From positions 1 through 41,521 of the forward strand of contig JAJRYS010000019.1 in assembly GCA_024275665.1 (NCBI GenBank): a stretch of 41,521 nucleotides of DNA. The letters are read 5' to 3'. This document shows positions 24,896 to 33,956 of the stretch, in pieces. The notes under the pieces were generated by a model. The model searched no databases, had not been told where the DNA came from, and saw only the letters and a list, made by a program, of their open reading frames with translations. Made by a program: the position numbers and the translations under genes. The stretch comes from an archaeon. Its GTDB lineage: Archaea > B1Sed10-29 > JAJRYS01. Each line of letters opens with the position of its first letter. Positions within the stretch are counted from its first letter, which is position 1.

Positions 24896-26521
24896 TTGAA
24901 CGACATTCACAAAGGATTCAGAGAGTACTCAATAGCAGAGTTCTTCAAAAAGAACAGGCAAATGCTTGGTTATTCTGGTAAGATTAAAAGTCTTACCACA
25001 GCCGTACATGAGTACGTTACGAATGCTTTGGATGCTTGTGAAGAAGCAGGAATACTTCCAGACATCTTCGTGAAAATAGAACAACTTGGAAACGAACACT
25101 ACAAACTAATCGTTGAAGACAACGGCCCAGGCATTCCAAAGAAGTTAGTAGGCAAGGCTTTTGGAAGCATGCTGGCAGGTACTAAGTTCCACAGGTTCCA
25201 GCAAGCAAGAGGACAACAAGGAATAGGAGCTGCTGGAGTAGTAATGTTCTCACAAATTACCACAGGAAAACCTACTAAAGTGGTTACTTCAAAAGGAAAC
25301 GGAGTAATATACGAATGTCTTCTTTCAATAGACGTAAAGACAAACACTCCTAAAATAGAAGCAGAGAAAGAATACCCAGGAGAAATGAGAGGAGTAAGGA
25401 TTGAAAGCGAATTGAAAGGAGTCAAATACCAGAAAGGAGACTACTCGCCAGACGAGTACATAAGAAGAACAGCTTTGGTAAACCCTCATGCCAAGATTAC
25501 TTACATAAACCCAAACAATCTTACAACAATTTACGACCGCGCTGTTGAAAAACTTCCAAAAGTACCGAAACCAACAAAACCCCATCCAAAAGGGCTAACC
25601 ACTGACGACTTGCTTGGATATGCTTCCATCACCAAGTCAAGAACCGTGAAATCATTCCTGGTTAATGACTTTACAAGAGTAAGCTCTGCCAAGGCAGAAG
25701 AAATAGCAAAAAAAGTATCATTCGACATGAACAAAAGGCCACAGGACTTAACTTGGGAAGAAGCAGAAGAAATCATAAAAGTAATACAAGAAATGAGCTT
25801 CATAGCACCACCAACAGACTGTTTGATACCAATAGGAAAAGAGCAGCTTGAAAAAGCAGTGGAAAACATATTAGAACCAGAGTTCAAAGCAATAATAACA
25901 AGACCTCCTGCTATTTACAGAGGAGGAGTTCCATTCATAGTAGAAGTAGCATTATCCTACGGGGGAAAGTCAGGAAAGCAAATAAGCCAAGAAGAAAGCA
26001 AGATAGAATTAATGAGATTCGCTAATCGCGTTCCACTCTTATTTGATGCAGGAGCATGCGCTATTACGAAAGCAGTGCAAAGCGTTGAATGGAAGAGGTA
26101 CAAGATAAGAGAAGACACTCCGATGAGCATACTAATAAACTTCACCTCAATATACGTTCCATACACTGGAGCTGGAAAAGAAAGCATTGCAGACGAAGAA
26201 GAAATACTCAAAGAAATAAAATTAGCGCTCATGGACGCCGGCAGGAAACTCGGCACTTACCTGTCAGGCAGGAGGAGAAAAGAAGAAAGAGAAAAACGCT
26301 TGAAAGAATTCATGAAATACATTCCAGAAACAGCCAAGTCAATAGCAAAACTCGCTGGCAAAGACCCTAAAGAAATAGAAGAAAAATTGAAACAAATCGT
26401 ATTTGAAAAATATGAGGAAACTGAAAAAGAAGAAACAAAAGAAGAGAATGAAAAGACAGAAGTTGATGAAGAAGAAAAAGAAATAGAAGAAAATAGGTTG
26501 AAAGAAGGCGAGGAAGAATGA
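24896..26521 (+). CDS. top6B: DNA topoisomerase VI subunit B
   Basis: Bergerat ATP-binding fold: HEYVTNALDACEEAG (N box), DNGPGIP (G1) and GQQGIGAAG (G2). Long acidic/K-rich C-terminal tail. TTG start. Confidence 0.9.
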   Translation: MNDIHKGFREYSIAEFFKKNRQMLGYSGKIKSLTTAVHEYVTNALDACEEAGILPDIFVKIEQLGNEHYKLIVEDNGPGIPKKLVGKAFGSMLAGTKFHRFQQARGQQGIGAAGVVMFSQITTGKPTKVVTSKGNGVIYECLLSIDVKTNTPKIEAEKEYPGEMRGVRIESELKGVKYQKGDYSPDEYIRRTALVNPHAKITYINPNNLTTIYDRAVEKLPKVPKPTKPHPKGLTTDDLLGYASITKSRTVKSFLVNDFTRVSSAKAEEIAKKVSFDMNKRPQDLTWEEAEEIIKVIQEMSFIAPPTDCLIPIGKEQLEKAVENILEPEFKAIITRPPAIYRGGVPFIVEVALSYGGKSGKQISQEESKIELMRFANRVPLLFDAGACAITKAVQSVEWKRYKIREDTPMSILINFTSIYVPYTGAGKESIADEEEILKEIKLALMDAGRKLGTYLSGRRRKEEREKRLKEFMKYIPETAKSIAKLAGKDPKEIEEKLKQIVFEKYEETEKEETKEENEKTEVDEEEKEIEENRLKEGEEE

Positions 26522-27612
26522 AAGGAGTAGAATCAGACAAGATTGCATTAAAAAGATTGAAAGAATTCGGACAATCTTTATATGAACAGATTAAAAACAA
26601 CAAGCCTCCAAGCTTCAAAATGCCTACGAGGACAAAAGCCAATATTGACTTCATAGAAGGAGACAGGCGCTTGAAACTCGGAGAAAGAATGAGTACTCGT
26701 AGCTTCTTGAACTACTCCCATACCAGGAAGTTCATGCAGTCAGTCATGGTAGCAGCAGCATGCGAGGATTACATAAAATCAGGCAGGACTGTGGGAAAAA
26801 GAGAACTTTACTACAACCTCAAACACAGTCTTCCTAATTCAAAACAAAACACGTTCGAAGATGATACTGAATCAGGAGCAGTGTTAAACGACTTAGAAGC
26901 ATCTCTTAACGTGCTAAGAGAACAATTCCACGTAATAGCAAAAGGAAGAGGAAGCATTTACGGAGACCTTGACTTAAGACAAGCAGGAGACGAATTCAGC
27001 TGCAAAGGACTTGGAAGAGGAGGATGGGTAATACCAGGATACACTGAAGACGTTGAATTCCTGAACCACAACGCTGAATTCATACTAGCAATAGAAAACG
27101 ACGCCATGATGGGCCGTCTCATAGAGGAAAAAGTATGGAAAAAGTTGAATTGCTTACTCGTGACAGGAGAAGGAATGTTCCCAAGAGGAGTCAGAAGATT
27201 CATCAAGAGAATGCACGAAGAATTGAAACTGCCAGTCATAGCCTTCGTTGATGGGGACCCATGGGGTTTTTACATTTACAGCGTGTTGAAATACGGTTCA
27301 ATTCAACTCGCTCACTTGTCAGACAGGTACGCAGTACCAGATGCTAAGTACGTTGGAATGACAATGGATGATATAGACGAGTACGGATTGCAGAACGTTA
27401 CTGAAAAACTAAAAGACGTGGATAAGAAAAAAATAAAAGAAGAAATGGAGTATCCTTGGTTCAAGCATTCAAAAGAATGGATGAACCAGTTGAAGAAAAT
27501 GCTTGAAAAAGGAGTAAGATTAGAACAACAAGCACTTGCTAACAAGAGCCTCAGCTTCGTAGCAGAGAAGTACTTGCCTGAGAAAATAGAAGCAGGAAAA
27601 TTCCTACCGTGA
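26518..27612 (+). CDS. top6A: DNA topoisomerase VI subunit A (Spo11 homologue)
   Basis: Catalytic Tyr region KRELYYNLKH and Toprim motifs LAIENDAM and DGDPWGFYIY. ATGA overlap with top6B. Confidence 0.9.
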   Translation: MKGVESDKIALKRLKEFGQSLYEQIKNNKPPSFKMPTRTKANIDFIEGDRRLKLGERMSTRSFLNYSHTRKFMQSVMVAAACEDYIKSGRTVGKRELYYNLKHSLPNSKQNTFEDDTESGAVLNDLEASLNVLREQFHVIAKGRGSIYGDLDLRQAGDEFSCKGLGRGGWVIPGYTEDVEFLNHNAEFILAIENDAMMGRLIEEKVWKKLNCLLVTGEGMFPRGVRRFIKRMHEELKLPVIAFVDGDPWGFYIYSVLKYGSIQLAHLSDRYAVPDAKYVGMTMDDIDEYGLQNVTEKLKDVDKKKIKEEMEYPWFKHSKEWMNQLKKMLEKGVRLEQQALANKSLSFVAEKYLPEKIEAGKFLP

Positions 27613-27628
27613 AAAAAGGTGAAGTAGT

Positions 27629-28018
27629 TTGAAAATCATAAACGCAGTGAACAAAGAAGACTTGATGAGGAAAATAGAAACCATTAACGCTAATGACAAA
27701 GAAGTGTATATATCACTAAGGCCTACTCTTGAAATCGTGTTCAAAATCCTTGAAAAAAATCCTGGTTTGAAGAAGATATCCTGTCCTCAGAGCTTGTACT
27801 TGCAAGTTTCTAAAAAAGTATTCAAGTTCTTGAACGGTAGAGGCATTGAAATCACTCCAGGGGAATTCACTGCAGGCAGGCCTCCCAAGTACGACGACGA
27901 GACCATAGCACAGATAATCAGCAAACGCAGGAATGGTAATACTGCCAAGCAAATTTCAGAAGAAATGAACATACCACTACGCACTGTCTATTTCTACTTG
28001 AAGAAAGAAAAAATATGA
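27629..28018 (+). CDS. hypothetical protein with a C-terminal resolvase-type HTH
   Basis: GRPPKYDDETIAQIISKRRNGNTAKQISEEMNIPLRTVYFYLKK resembles the HTH_7 domain of serine recombinases. The N-terminal part has no YxRxS catalytic motif. TTG start after AAGGTGA. Confidence 0.5.
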   Translation: MKIINAVNKEDLMRKIETINANDKEVYISLRPTLEIVFKILEKNPGLKKISCPQSLYLQVSKKVFKFLNGRGIEITPGEFTAGRPPKYDDETIAQIISKRRNGNTAKQISEEMNIPLRTVYFYLKKEKI

Positions 28019-28075
28019 GAAAAAGAAGCTTTTAAAAACCTGAATTTTGAAAATAAGAATAAGAGGGAATAAGCA

Positions 28076-28702
28076 ATGAGTTTAATTTCAAGATTACGTA
28101 GGAAAAAAGGTTGGAGAAAGAAAAAATTAACTTATAAAGTGCCTACTGCTTCTGAAAAAATAAACACTTACTTCAATAATCCAAAATTTTTTGACTTAAT
28201 GATAAAAGAAGTAAAAGATGAAGTCAGAAATTCTGGTTACGACCCAGTAGAAGTCCCCCACATTGCAAATGACATTGCAATGGGAGTGATAACAAGAAAG
28301 TTTGGTTTTAACAAGATATTCAGAGAGCTTCAAATGAAAGGGATTAGACCAGACTTGGTAAACATGGAAATGACTGGATTTAGCAACTTACTAGCAACGA
28401 AAGTAATAACAGAAGAGGCCAAAAGCCAAGGCATAAAAACAATAGGTGATGAGGAAATCAACAAAATGCTCAAGCTTCAAATGGAAAAAATAAAACTTAT
28501 TACAGATATTGCAGAAGAAAAAATTGACATAATAGAAGCTAGGAAAAAAATTGAAGAAATAAACAGAGAACTTAAAAAAGCTAACGAGAAATTCATCAAA
28601 GAAAATGAAAAAATCATGAATGAAGAAATCAAGAATAAGATAAAAGAAACTCTTGGAATGAAAACCAAGAAAAAAGATGACTTCTTAAGCATGTTCGGAT
28701 AA
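28076..28702 (+). CDS. hypothetical protein with a K/E-rich coiled-coil C-terminus
   Basis: ORF with a GAGGG SD upstream and no recognisable motif. Confidence 0.5.
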   Translation: MSLISRLRRKKGWRKKKLTYKVPTASEKINTYFNNPKFFDLMIKEVKDEVRNSGYDPVEVPHIANDIAMGVITRKFGFNKIFRELQMKGIRPDLVNMEMTGFSNLLATKVITEEAKSQGIKTIGDEEINKMLKLQMEKIKLITDIAEEKIDIIEARKKIEEINRELKKANEKFIKENEKIMNEEIKNKIKETLGMKTKKKDDFLSMFG

Positions 28703-29974
28703 TTCTTTCAACTTGTTTTCAAAAGCTTTCAGCATCAGTGTCTGTATCAAGGGATTCTTTTCTTCTTTGACTTGCTCGAATTCAGGGACGTCAGCAAGGT
28801 TAGTTATTCCAATTCCCAATTCTTCGCATGCTTGTTTTACTGCTTTCCAAGTCTCACTAGTGGGCTTCAAGTAAGCGTAGTACTTTTCATACTTGTGATT
28901 TTGCAAGTACTTCTTCACTCTTTCCTTGTTAACTTTTATGTACGCTTGTTTGACTTCTTCTGTTTCCTCCCATTCAGGCCAGTCATAAGAATTGAAAGGG
29001 TAGTGACTGCTGAACTCGAAAGGCACTACTCCTGGAGTTGATACTACTATCTTGTGAATCTTCTTGTACAATTCAGGGAACTTGCTTAATACTTCGTGAA
29101 TTTTCTTGTGAGTATGCGAACGGGAGTAAGGTTTTTTGAAAGAACAAGGTAAGAACAGTGCTATCTTTTTTTCTTCTGGTTTTTTGTAAAAACGTTGAAA
29201 GTAATCCTGCCACACGCAGAAATGAGGGTGAGTAAGAGCTTCTATTGTCGCTCCTCTTATCATTACTCTCCTTTCAGAAGGGAATTTTGGCACGAACAAG
29301 TAGTTCTGCGAGTCTGTTTCTATTTTTTCAGACTTGTATTTTGCCACGAGTTTTTCAAACTCTTCAGTGCTTAAAGGCTTCCACATTCCCTGAATCCAGT
29401 AGTCGAACAACTGGGATTTTGAATGAGGGAAAGTATTGATGAGTACTATTTCATCGCTGTGTTTTTCAGCGAACTTCACGCTCTTGTCAAGCAGTTCATT
29501 ATTACTAAACGGCATGTTAACCATTAAGTAAGTCCTTACTTTGAACCCGTGCTTGTGGATGACGTCAACTGCTTTCAAGTAATCAGCAACAGTGAATCCT
29601 TTCCTGTACTTCTTCAGGGCTTCGTCGTCAGCGCATTCCAAGCCAATGGAAACAGTTACTCTAATTCCTTCAAAGTCTTTCAAGTTCTCGTCAGTGATGA
29701 ACTCTGGGCGTGACTCTATTACTAGCTCTTTCACTCCTTTGCTTTTAACGTACTCAGCGAACCACTTGCGGAATTCTCTTGGGAATTGCGCGTCGTCAAG
29801 AAAACTACCTGACACAAACACTTTCAACTTGTCAACGCCTGACAAGTCAAGCGACTCTACTCTTTGCTTTAGTTTTTCAACGTCAACAGGGCTTGACAGC
29901 TTTCCCCAGCCGCATGCAAAACACTGCGCCCAACTACACTTTCCTGATGAAAGGATTAGAGTCTTAGTATTCAT
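28685..29974 (-). CDS. fusion of a RaSEA-type (TIGR01210-like) radical-SAM domain and the archaeosine-synthase (ArcS) signature domain
   Basis: N-terminal GKCSWAQCFACGW Cys cluster (29912-29938) in a TIM-barrel-like radical-SAM region. The C-terminal half carries an exact PC-x3-KPY-x2-S-x2-H motif (PCSFKKPYSRSHTH, 29108-29149), which has been described as ArcS-specific. Confidence 0.7.
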   Translation of the reverse strand: MNTKTLILSSGKCSWAQCFACGWGKLSSPVDVEKLKQRVESLDLSGVDKLKVFVSGSFLDDAQFPREFRKWFAEYVKSKGVKELVIESRPEFITDENLKDFEGIRVTVSIGLECADDEALKKYRKGFTVADYLKAVDVIHKHGFKVRTYLMVNMPFSNNELLDKSVKFAEKHSDEIVLINTFPHSKSQLFDYWIQGMWKPLSTEEFEKLVAKYKSEKIETDSQNYLFVPKFPSERRVMIRGATIEALTHPHFCVWQDYFQRFYKKPEEKKIALFLPCSFKKPYSRSHTHKKIHEVLSKFPELYKKIHKIVVSTPGVVPFEFSSHYPFNSYDWPEWEETEEVKQAYIKVNKERVKKYLQNHKYEKYYAYLKPTSETWKAVKQACEELGIGITNLADVPEFEQVKEEKNPLIQTLMLKAFENKLKELSEHA

Positions 29975-29993
29975 TTCCTATCACTGAAACTTG

Positions 29994-30314
29994 TCAAATT
30001 TTTAACTTCATTAAATGCTTTTGTTTTGCTTTTTCTCGTTTAAAATACGCAAGGTCTATTGCGTTTGACAACATTTCCAAGGCTTTTGCAAGAGGATTGT
30101 TTTTGTTATACTTGTAAAGCTTGCCATTACCTATCCTTCTTGTCTCTACCACTAGTCCTGTTTTTTCAAGAGTAGGCCATAATTGGTACAAAGTAACTTT
30201 ACTTATCCCTACATTCCGTGCTATTTCTGCTTTAGTGTAATCAAACTCTTGGTTCATTTCTAAAAAATCAATTACTTTAATGAGAGCAGAATCTCCAAAA
30301 AAATCTGATAACAT
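29994..30314 (-). CDS. winged-helix transcriptional regulator (small)
   Basis: KVIDFLEMNQEFDYTKAEIARNVGISKVTLYQLWPTLEKTGLVVETRRIGNGKLYKYN is a classic wHTH with a wing. Confidence 0.7.
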   Translation of the reverse strand: MLSDFFGDSALIKVIDFLEMNQEFDYTKAEIARNVGISKVTLYQLWPTLEKTGLVVETRRIGNGKLYKYNKNNPLAKALEMLSNAIDLAYFKREKAKQKHLMKLKI

Positions 30315-30391
30315 TCATTCACCTTCTCCTTACTCTTTAACTAATCATACTAAAAATTGTAATATAAAAAACTATGCGTTAAAAGTTCATT

Positions 30392-30667
30392 TTACTTAAC
30401 TATTATGTTTTTTATCTCATCTTCCATACACACATTCAAATAATAAATCTTTTTACCAGCGGCATACTCTTTCTTCTTATACAAAACAATTCTTTTATTT
30501 ATGAGGTTTTTCAATGCCAGATCAAATGCTTTCTTCTGATTTTTGCTAATAATTTTTGTCCCTTTAAGTAAGTTAGCTTTATCAGTAGTATGGTTTATGC
30601 CAAATTTATGCATTCTAAAAAGCTTTCTTACAATATGCTTTTCATAAATCTTTACAAGATTTTCCAT
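30392..30667 (-). CDS. small basic hypothetical protein, possible winged helix
   Basis: ORF in a markedly AT-rich stretch. The C-terminal LALKNLINKRIVLYKKKEYAAGKKIYYLN looks like a recognition helix plus wing. Confidence 0.4.
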   Translation of the reverse strand: MENLVKIYEKHIVRKLFRMHKFGINHTTDKANLLKGTKIISKNQKKAFDLALKNLINKRIVLYKKKEYAAGKKIYYLNVCMEDEIKNIIVK

Positions 30668-30750
30668 TACTTAAATTTTATCATTAGTTTTAGTTATATT
30701 CATTTTGAAAACTCTACAAGTCAGAACAAGTTTAAACCATTATAAAGAAC

Positions 30751-31518
30751 TTAAATTCTTTTAACTCTTTCATATAACTCTACTACTTCTGGAATGCTGA
30801 GAGAATCTACTTTCCTATCATCTTCTATGTTTTTCTTGAAAGCAATTTCAACAGCGTTTCTCACTTTTTTGTTCTTGTACCTGAACAATTCTCTTACGAA
30901 CTTGTCAAAATCAGGGTTTTTATCCATTTTTTTCTTCTTCAAAACCATTATCACAGAGTCTGTTTTCGGCTGCGGGTAGAATTTTTCCCTCTTAACTATT
31001 TCCTTTAGTTCCACGTCGTAATAATACTGAACCATTACTGAAAGCCTGCCGTAATTCCTTGCCCCTGGTTTTGCCATCATTTTCTCCCCAAACTCCTTCT
31101 GATAGAACAGTATGGCTTTTTCAAAATCATAGTCAAGAAGCTTGAAAGTGATCTCTGACGACAGGGAGTAAGGAATGTTTGAAACTACTTTGTTGAACTC
31201 AGGGACTTTTATTTTCAGAAAATCCCCTATGATTATTTCAACATTAGAGTAGTCTTTGAACTCTTCATGCAGAGGATGGTCTAGCTTTTTATCCTTCTCA
31301 ACTGCTATCACTTTGCCAGCGTGCTTTGCTATTTCCTTGGTAAGGAAACCAATCCCTGGCCCTATTTCAAGCACTGTGTCTTGCTCTGAAAGCTCGGCAT
31401 ACCTAACTGCTCTTTCAATGACAGCAGAGTCTACTAAGAAAAACTGGTCAAGCACAGGGCTTGCTCTGAAGTTGTACTTCTTGTAAAACTCATACACTCT
31501 TGCTCTCAGCGAATCCAT
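30751..31518 (-). CDS. ksgA: 16S rRNA (adenine-N6,N6)-dimethyltransferase KsgA/Dim1
   Basis: SAM motif VLEIGPGIGFLT, NIPYSLSS and the conserved archaeal neighbourhood with DUF655, rpoF and L21e. Confidence 0.9.
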   Translation of the reverse strand: MDSLRARVYEFYKKYNFRASPVLDQFFLVDSAVIERAVRYAELSEQDTVLEIGPGIGFLTKEIAKHAGKVIAVEKDKKLDHPLHEEFKDYSNVEIIIGDFLKIKVPEFNKVVSNIPYSLSSEITFKLLDYDFEKAILFYQKEFGEKMMAKPGARNYGRLSVMVQYYYDVELKEIVKREKFYPQPKTDSVIMVLKKKKMDKNPDFDKFVRELFRYKNKKVRNAVEIAFKKNIEDDRKVDSLSIPEVVELYERVKRI

Positions 31519-31543
31519 TTCAAAAAACCTTCCCTTTTGTTTT

Positions 31544-32098
31544 CTATCTTCTTCTTGGAAAGCTCTTCACGAATAAGTAATACTTCTGGTTTCCTTTCAA
31601 CTCTTCTATTATCCTCTCTACTATTATTTTCTTAGGATCTGGTAATAGCTTCACTCTTTCAGCAATGTCTTTAAAGCTTTCAAAAGGCTTTTTCTCTCTT
31701 TCTGCAAGAATGTCCTGCATGTGTTTCTTCCCAATGCTTGGAAGCAATTCAAGAGAGTGCTGTCTTATAGTGATAGCTCTTGCCTTGTTGAAGAACTCTA
31801 CGAATTCTTTCTCTCTTTCTTCTACTATTTTTGACAACAGGTTAGGAAGCTCGTTCCTAGCTGCTGCAGTGAGCCTGTCAAAACTAAGCCTGCTCTTCAC
31901 GAGTTCTACTTTGTCTCTTTTTTCTTTTCCAATGTAAACTTTTTCCCCTATCATTACCTTAACTCCTGGCTTCATGACAAGCTCAAGGAGCGCGAAGTAC
32001 TTCTCGCCCAGTGCTTGCGCTATCGGCCTCTTTTCAAAAGAGGCAGCATATCCTTGTGGGAGATAGTCAAGCACGAAGGCATAATCGTCTCTCAACAC
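31544..32098 (-). CDS. DUF655-family protein (OB-like N-terminus plus helix-hairpin-helix, putative RNA-binding)
   Basis: DDYAFVLDYLPQGY start and LELLPSIGKKHMQDILAER (HhH). Conserved position between rpoF and ksgA. Confidence 0.75.
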   Translation of the reverse strand: MLRDDYAFVLDYLPQGYAASFEKRPIAQALGEKYFALLELVMKPGVKVMIGEKVYIGKEKRDKVELVKSRLSFDRLTAAARNELPNLLSKIVEEREKEFVEFFNKARAITIRQHSLELLPSIGKKHMQDILAEREKKPFESFKDIAERVKLLPDPKKIIVERIIEELKGNQKYYLFVKSFPRRR

Positions 32099-32120
32099 GA
32101 ACCACCTATCTGATTCTCTT

Positions 32121-32447
32121 TCATTTCTTCAACCCTGCAACTATTTCAATGATTTTGTTAATTTCCTCATCTGATAATACTTTTCTCTGCTTTTCAAACA
32201 ATAATTTTACTTGTTCTACTGTTTCAGGCAACACGTCAACTATTTTTACTCTCAATTCCTCAGTGATTCCCATTTCTTCCAGTTTTTTCAAAGCTTCTTC
32301 CACTTGTTTTGGTTTTACCTTGTCAAACTGTTTAGCATATTCCAGCACTGCTTTCTGCTCGTATATGAGTTCTCCTTCTTTCTTCCTCTGAGTAAGTATT
32401 TTCTTAACTTCCACTATTGACACTGGTTTTTCTTCAATTACTTCCAT
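32121..32447 (-). CDS. rpoF: DNA-directed RNA polymerase subunit Rpo4/F
   Basis: Size, helical pattern (VEVKKILTQRKKEGELIYEQKAVLEYA...LPETVEQVKLLF) and position after L21e. Confidence 0.7.
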   Translation of the reverse strand: MEVIEEKPVSIVEVKKILTQRKKEGELIYEQKAVLEYAKQFDKVKPKQVEEALKKLEEMGITEELRVKIVDVLPETVEQVKLLFEKQRKVLSDEEINKIIEIVAGLKK

Positions 32448-32459
32448 TCAATCATCACC

Positions 32460-32756
32460 TTATGCTGCTTTTTTCAAATGCGCTGGATGGACTATTACCT
32501 GCCTCCAGGCAAGAATGTTTCTTACTTTTACTATGTAAGAAGAACCACGTTTCCCAATCACTTCTCCTGTCTTGCCGTTGAAACGCCTGTGAGGCATTCC
32601 CTTATGCACACTTGGGTCTATTGCTATGTGAACGCGGTCTCCTGGTTCAAATTTTTGAAGCATTTTATTAACAGTTGGTCTTCCTCTTTGCCTTGGTTTC
32701 TTGCTAAGAGAATGACGAGTCTTAGCTCTCCCTCCTTTATGAGTTGACTTCACCAT
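32460..32756 (-). CDS. rpl21e: 50S ribosomal protein L21e
   Basis: KGGRAKTRHSLSKKPRQRG...FEPGDRVHIAIDPSVHKGMPHRRFNGKTGEVIGKRG. Confidence 0.9.
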   Translation of the reverse strand: MVKSTHKGGRAKTRHSLSKKPRQRGRPTVNKMLQKFEPGDRVHIAIDPSVHKGMPHRRFNGKTGEVIGKRGSSYIVKVRNILAWRQVIVHPAHLKKAA

Positions 32757-32878
32757 TCAAAACTCCTCCTTATTCTAACAACTAAACAAATCATCTTTCG
32801 AAAGTTGTTATATTTTTAACTACTATCCTTTAAAAAAGTTGTCAATACAAGACAAGCTAATAAAAGAAAAGAACAGAA

Positions 32879-33277
32879 TTAGTTCTTAGCTTTTTCAACC
32901 AGCACAGCGTTGATTACTCCATCCTGCCCTGGCCTGGAAGTCACTCTAACTGTCCCTATTTCTGTTTCAAGAACAGCGCCTTTTGTAATAATGTTCTGCC
33001 TGGCGTAGTTCCTGTTAGCAGGGTTTTCCTTCTCAGTGAGTATCTTTACTTTTTTTGTTTTCTTTGTTTCAGGATCAGTGACGTTAGCATAGGCTGCTCT
33101 TTTCAGTCTTACTTTCTGATTTCCACCTCTTGTTCTTATTTTCTTCCTAACATCTTTCTTTTCAACAGTCGTATGAGTAGGCAGTCTTCCTAGCTCTGCT
33201 TTCTTTTTGTCACTGGCTTTTCTTCTTCTTCCTCCTGTTGGTTTTCGCTTAAGGCTTCCTGCTTGTGATATTCCCAT
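32879..33277 (-). CDS. rps8e: 30S ribosomal protein S8e
   Basis: [19 protein letters not shown]... and the C-terminal [17 protein letters not shown]. Confidence 0.9.
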   Translation of the reverse strand: MGISQAGSLKRKPTGGRRRKASDKKKAELGRLPTHTTVEKKDVRKKIRTRGGNQKVRLKRAAYANVTDPETKKTKKVKILTEKENPANRNYARQNIITKGAVLETEIGTVRVTSRPGQDGVINAVLVEKAKN

Positions 33278-33318
33278 TCGCTCACCTTTTTATTCAGTTG
33301 ATTTATTAATAATAAAGC

Positions 33319-33732
33319 ATGATTGTTAAGACAGTGAAGTTTAAAAATCTTGACATGAACGCGGTGAAGCGCTTCTTAGAACAACATCCCGAAACTCAGT
33401 TGTTTTCAGCAAAGTGTTTTCACGGCGAAAAACACGTCCTACATTGTGTTAACGAGTGTTTAAAAGCTTTTGCTTCTGATGAAAACATTGCCAAAACCAA
33501 GCAAGTAGAGTTCTTACTATTCCTTACTGGCACTAGGCAGATTAAGAAAGCCCTGCAAAAAGCAACTCCTGAAGAGCAAAGCATTTTCACAGCATGGGGA
33601 AAACATGCAGCAAGAGATTTTGAAGAACTTAGAAAACAATTCAGCATAACAATAAAGCCATTACCAAGAGTGGGAAAAGAAGAACAACTAAGAGCGATTG
33701 AACGCTCTTCGTTGTTCAAACTATCCTCTTGA
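33319..33732 (+). CDS. cgi121: KEOPS complex subunit Cgi121 (probable)
   Basis: The segments EKHVLHCVNE and IAKTKQVEFLLFLTGTRQIKKALQKA match the Cgi121 pattern (KHVLHA..., ...SGQRQIxEAIK). Size about 137 aa. Confidence 0.55.
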   Translation: MIVKTVKFKNLDMNAVKRFLEQHPETQLFSAKCFHGEKHVLHCVNECLKAFASDENIAKTKQVEFLLFLTGTRQIKKALQKATPEEQSIFTAWGKHAARDFEELRKQFSITIKPLPRVGKEEQLRAIERSSLFKLSS

Positions 33733-33738
33733 CAAAAC

Positions 33739-33858
33739 CTAATTGTTTTCTCTTACTATCACTTTCCCAAGTGATAAGTCAACGAAGAACACTTTCTTTC
33801 CATCTTCTTGTTTGATTTTGAAAGAATCCTCTTTCACAGAGAACTTAGCAATCCCCAT
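33739..33858 (-). CDS. small hypothetical protein, 39 aa (MGIAKFSVKEDSFKIKQEDGKKVFFVDLSLGKVIVRENN)
   Basis: Below the ORF-track cutoff. ATG preceded by GGAGGTGCGTGAGAAA. Same orientation as hef and downstream of it. Confidence 0.35.
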   Translation of the reverse strand: MGIAKFSVKEDSFKIKQEDGKKVFFVDLSLGKVIVRENN

Positions 33859-33956
33859 TTTCTCACGCACCTCCTAAGTAATTCACAGCCTTTAGTCAAA
33901 GACGTGCAAGTAATAAAGGGCCAATGGTTTAAAAATAATACTGTTCGGAAAGCTAA

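Noticed and set aside
26380-26520. Apparent short tandem repeats (gaagaa/aaagaa) at the top6B 3' end, also at 37100-37260 and 13560-13740; considered as a CRISPR or microsatellite
   Set aside because: They are in-frame K/E low-complexity coding tails. There is no repeat-spacer periodicity and no conserved repeat unit of 24 nt or more.
32797-32806. 10-bp palindrome CTTTCGAAAG upstream of rpl21e
   Set aside because: It is short and occurs once, so it is expected by chance in AT-rich intergenic DNA. There is no second half-site or recurrence.
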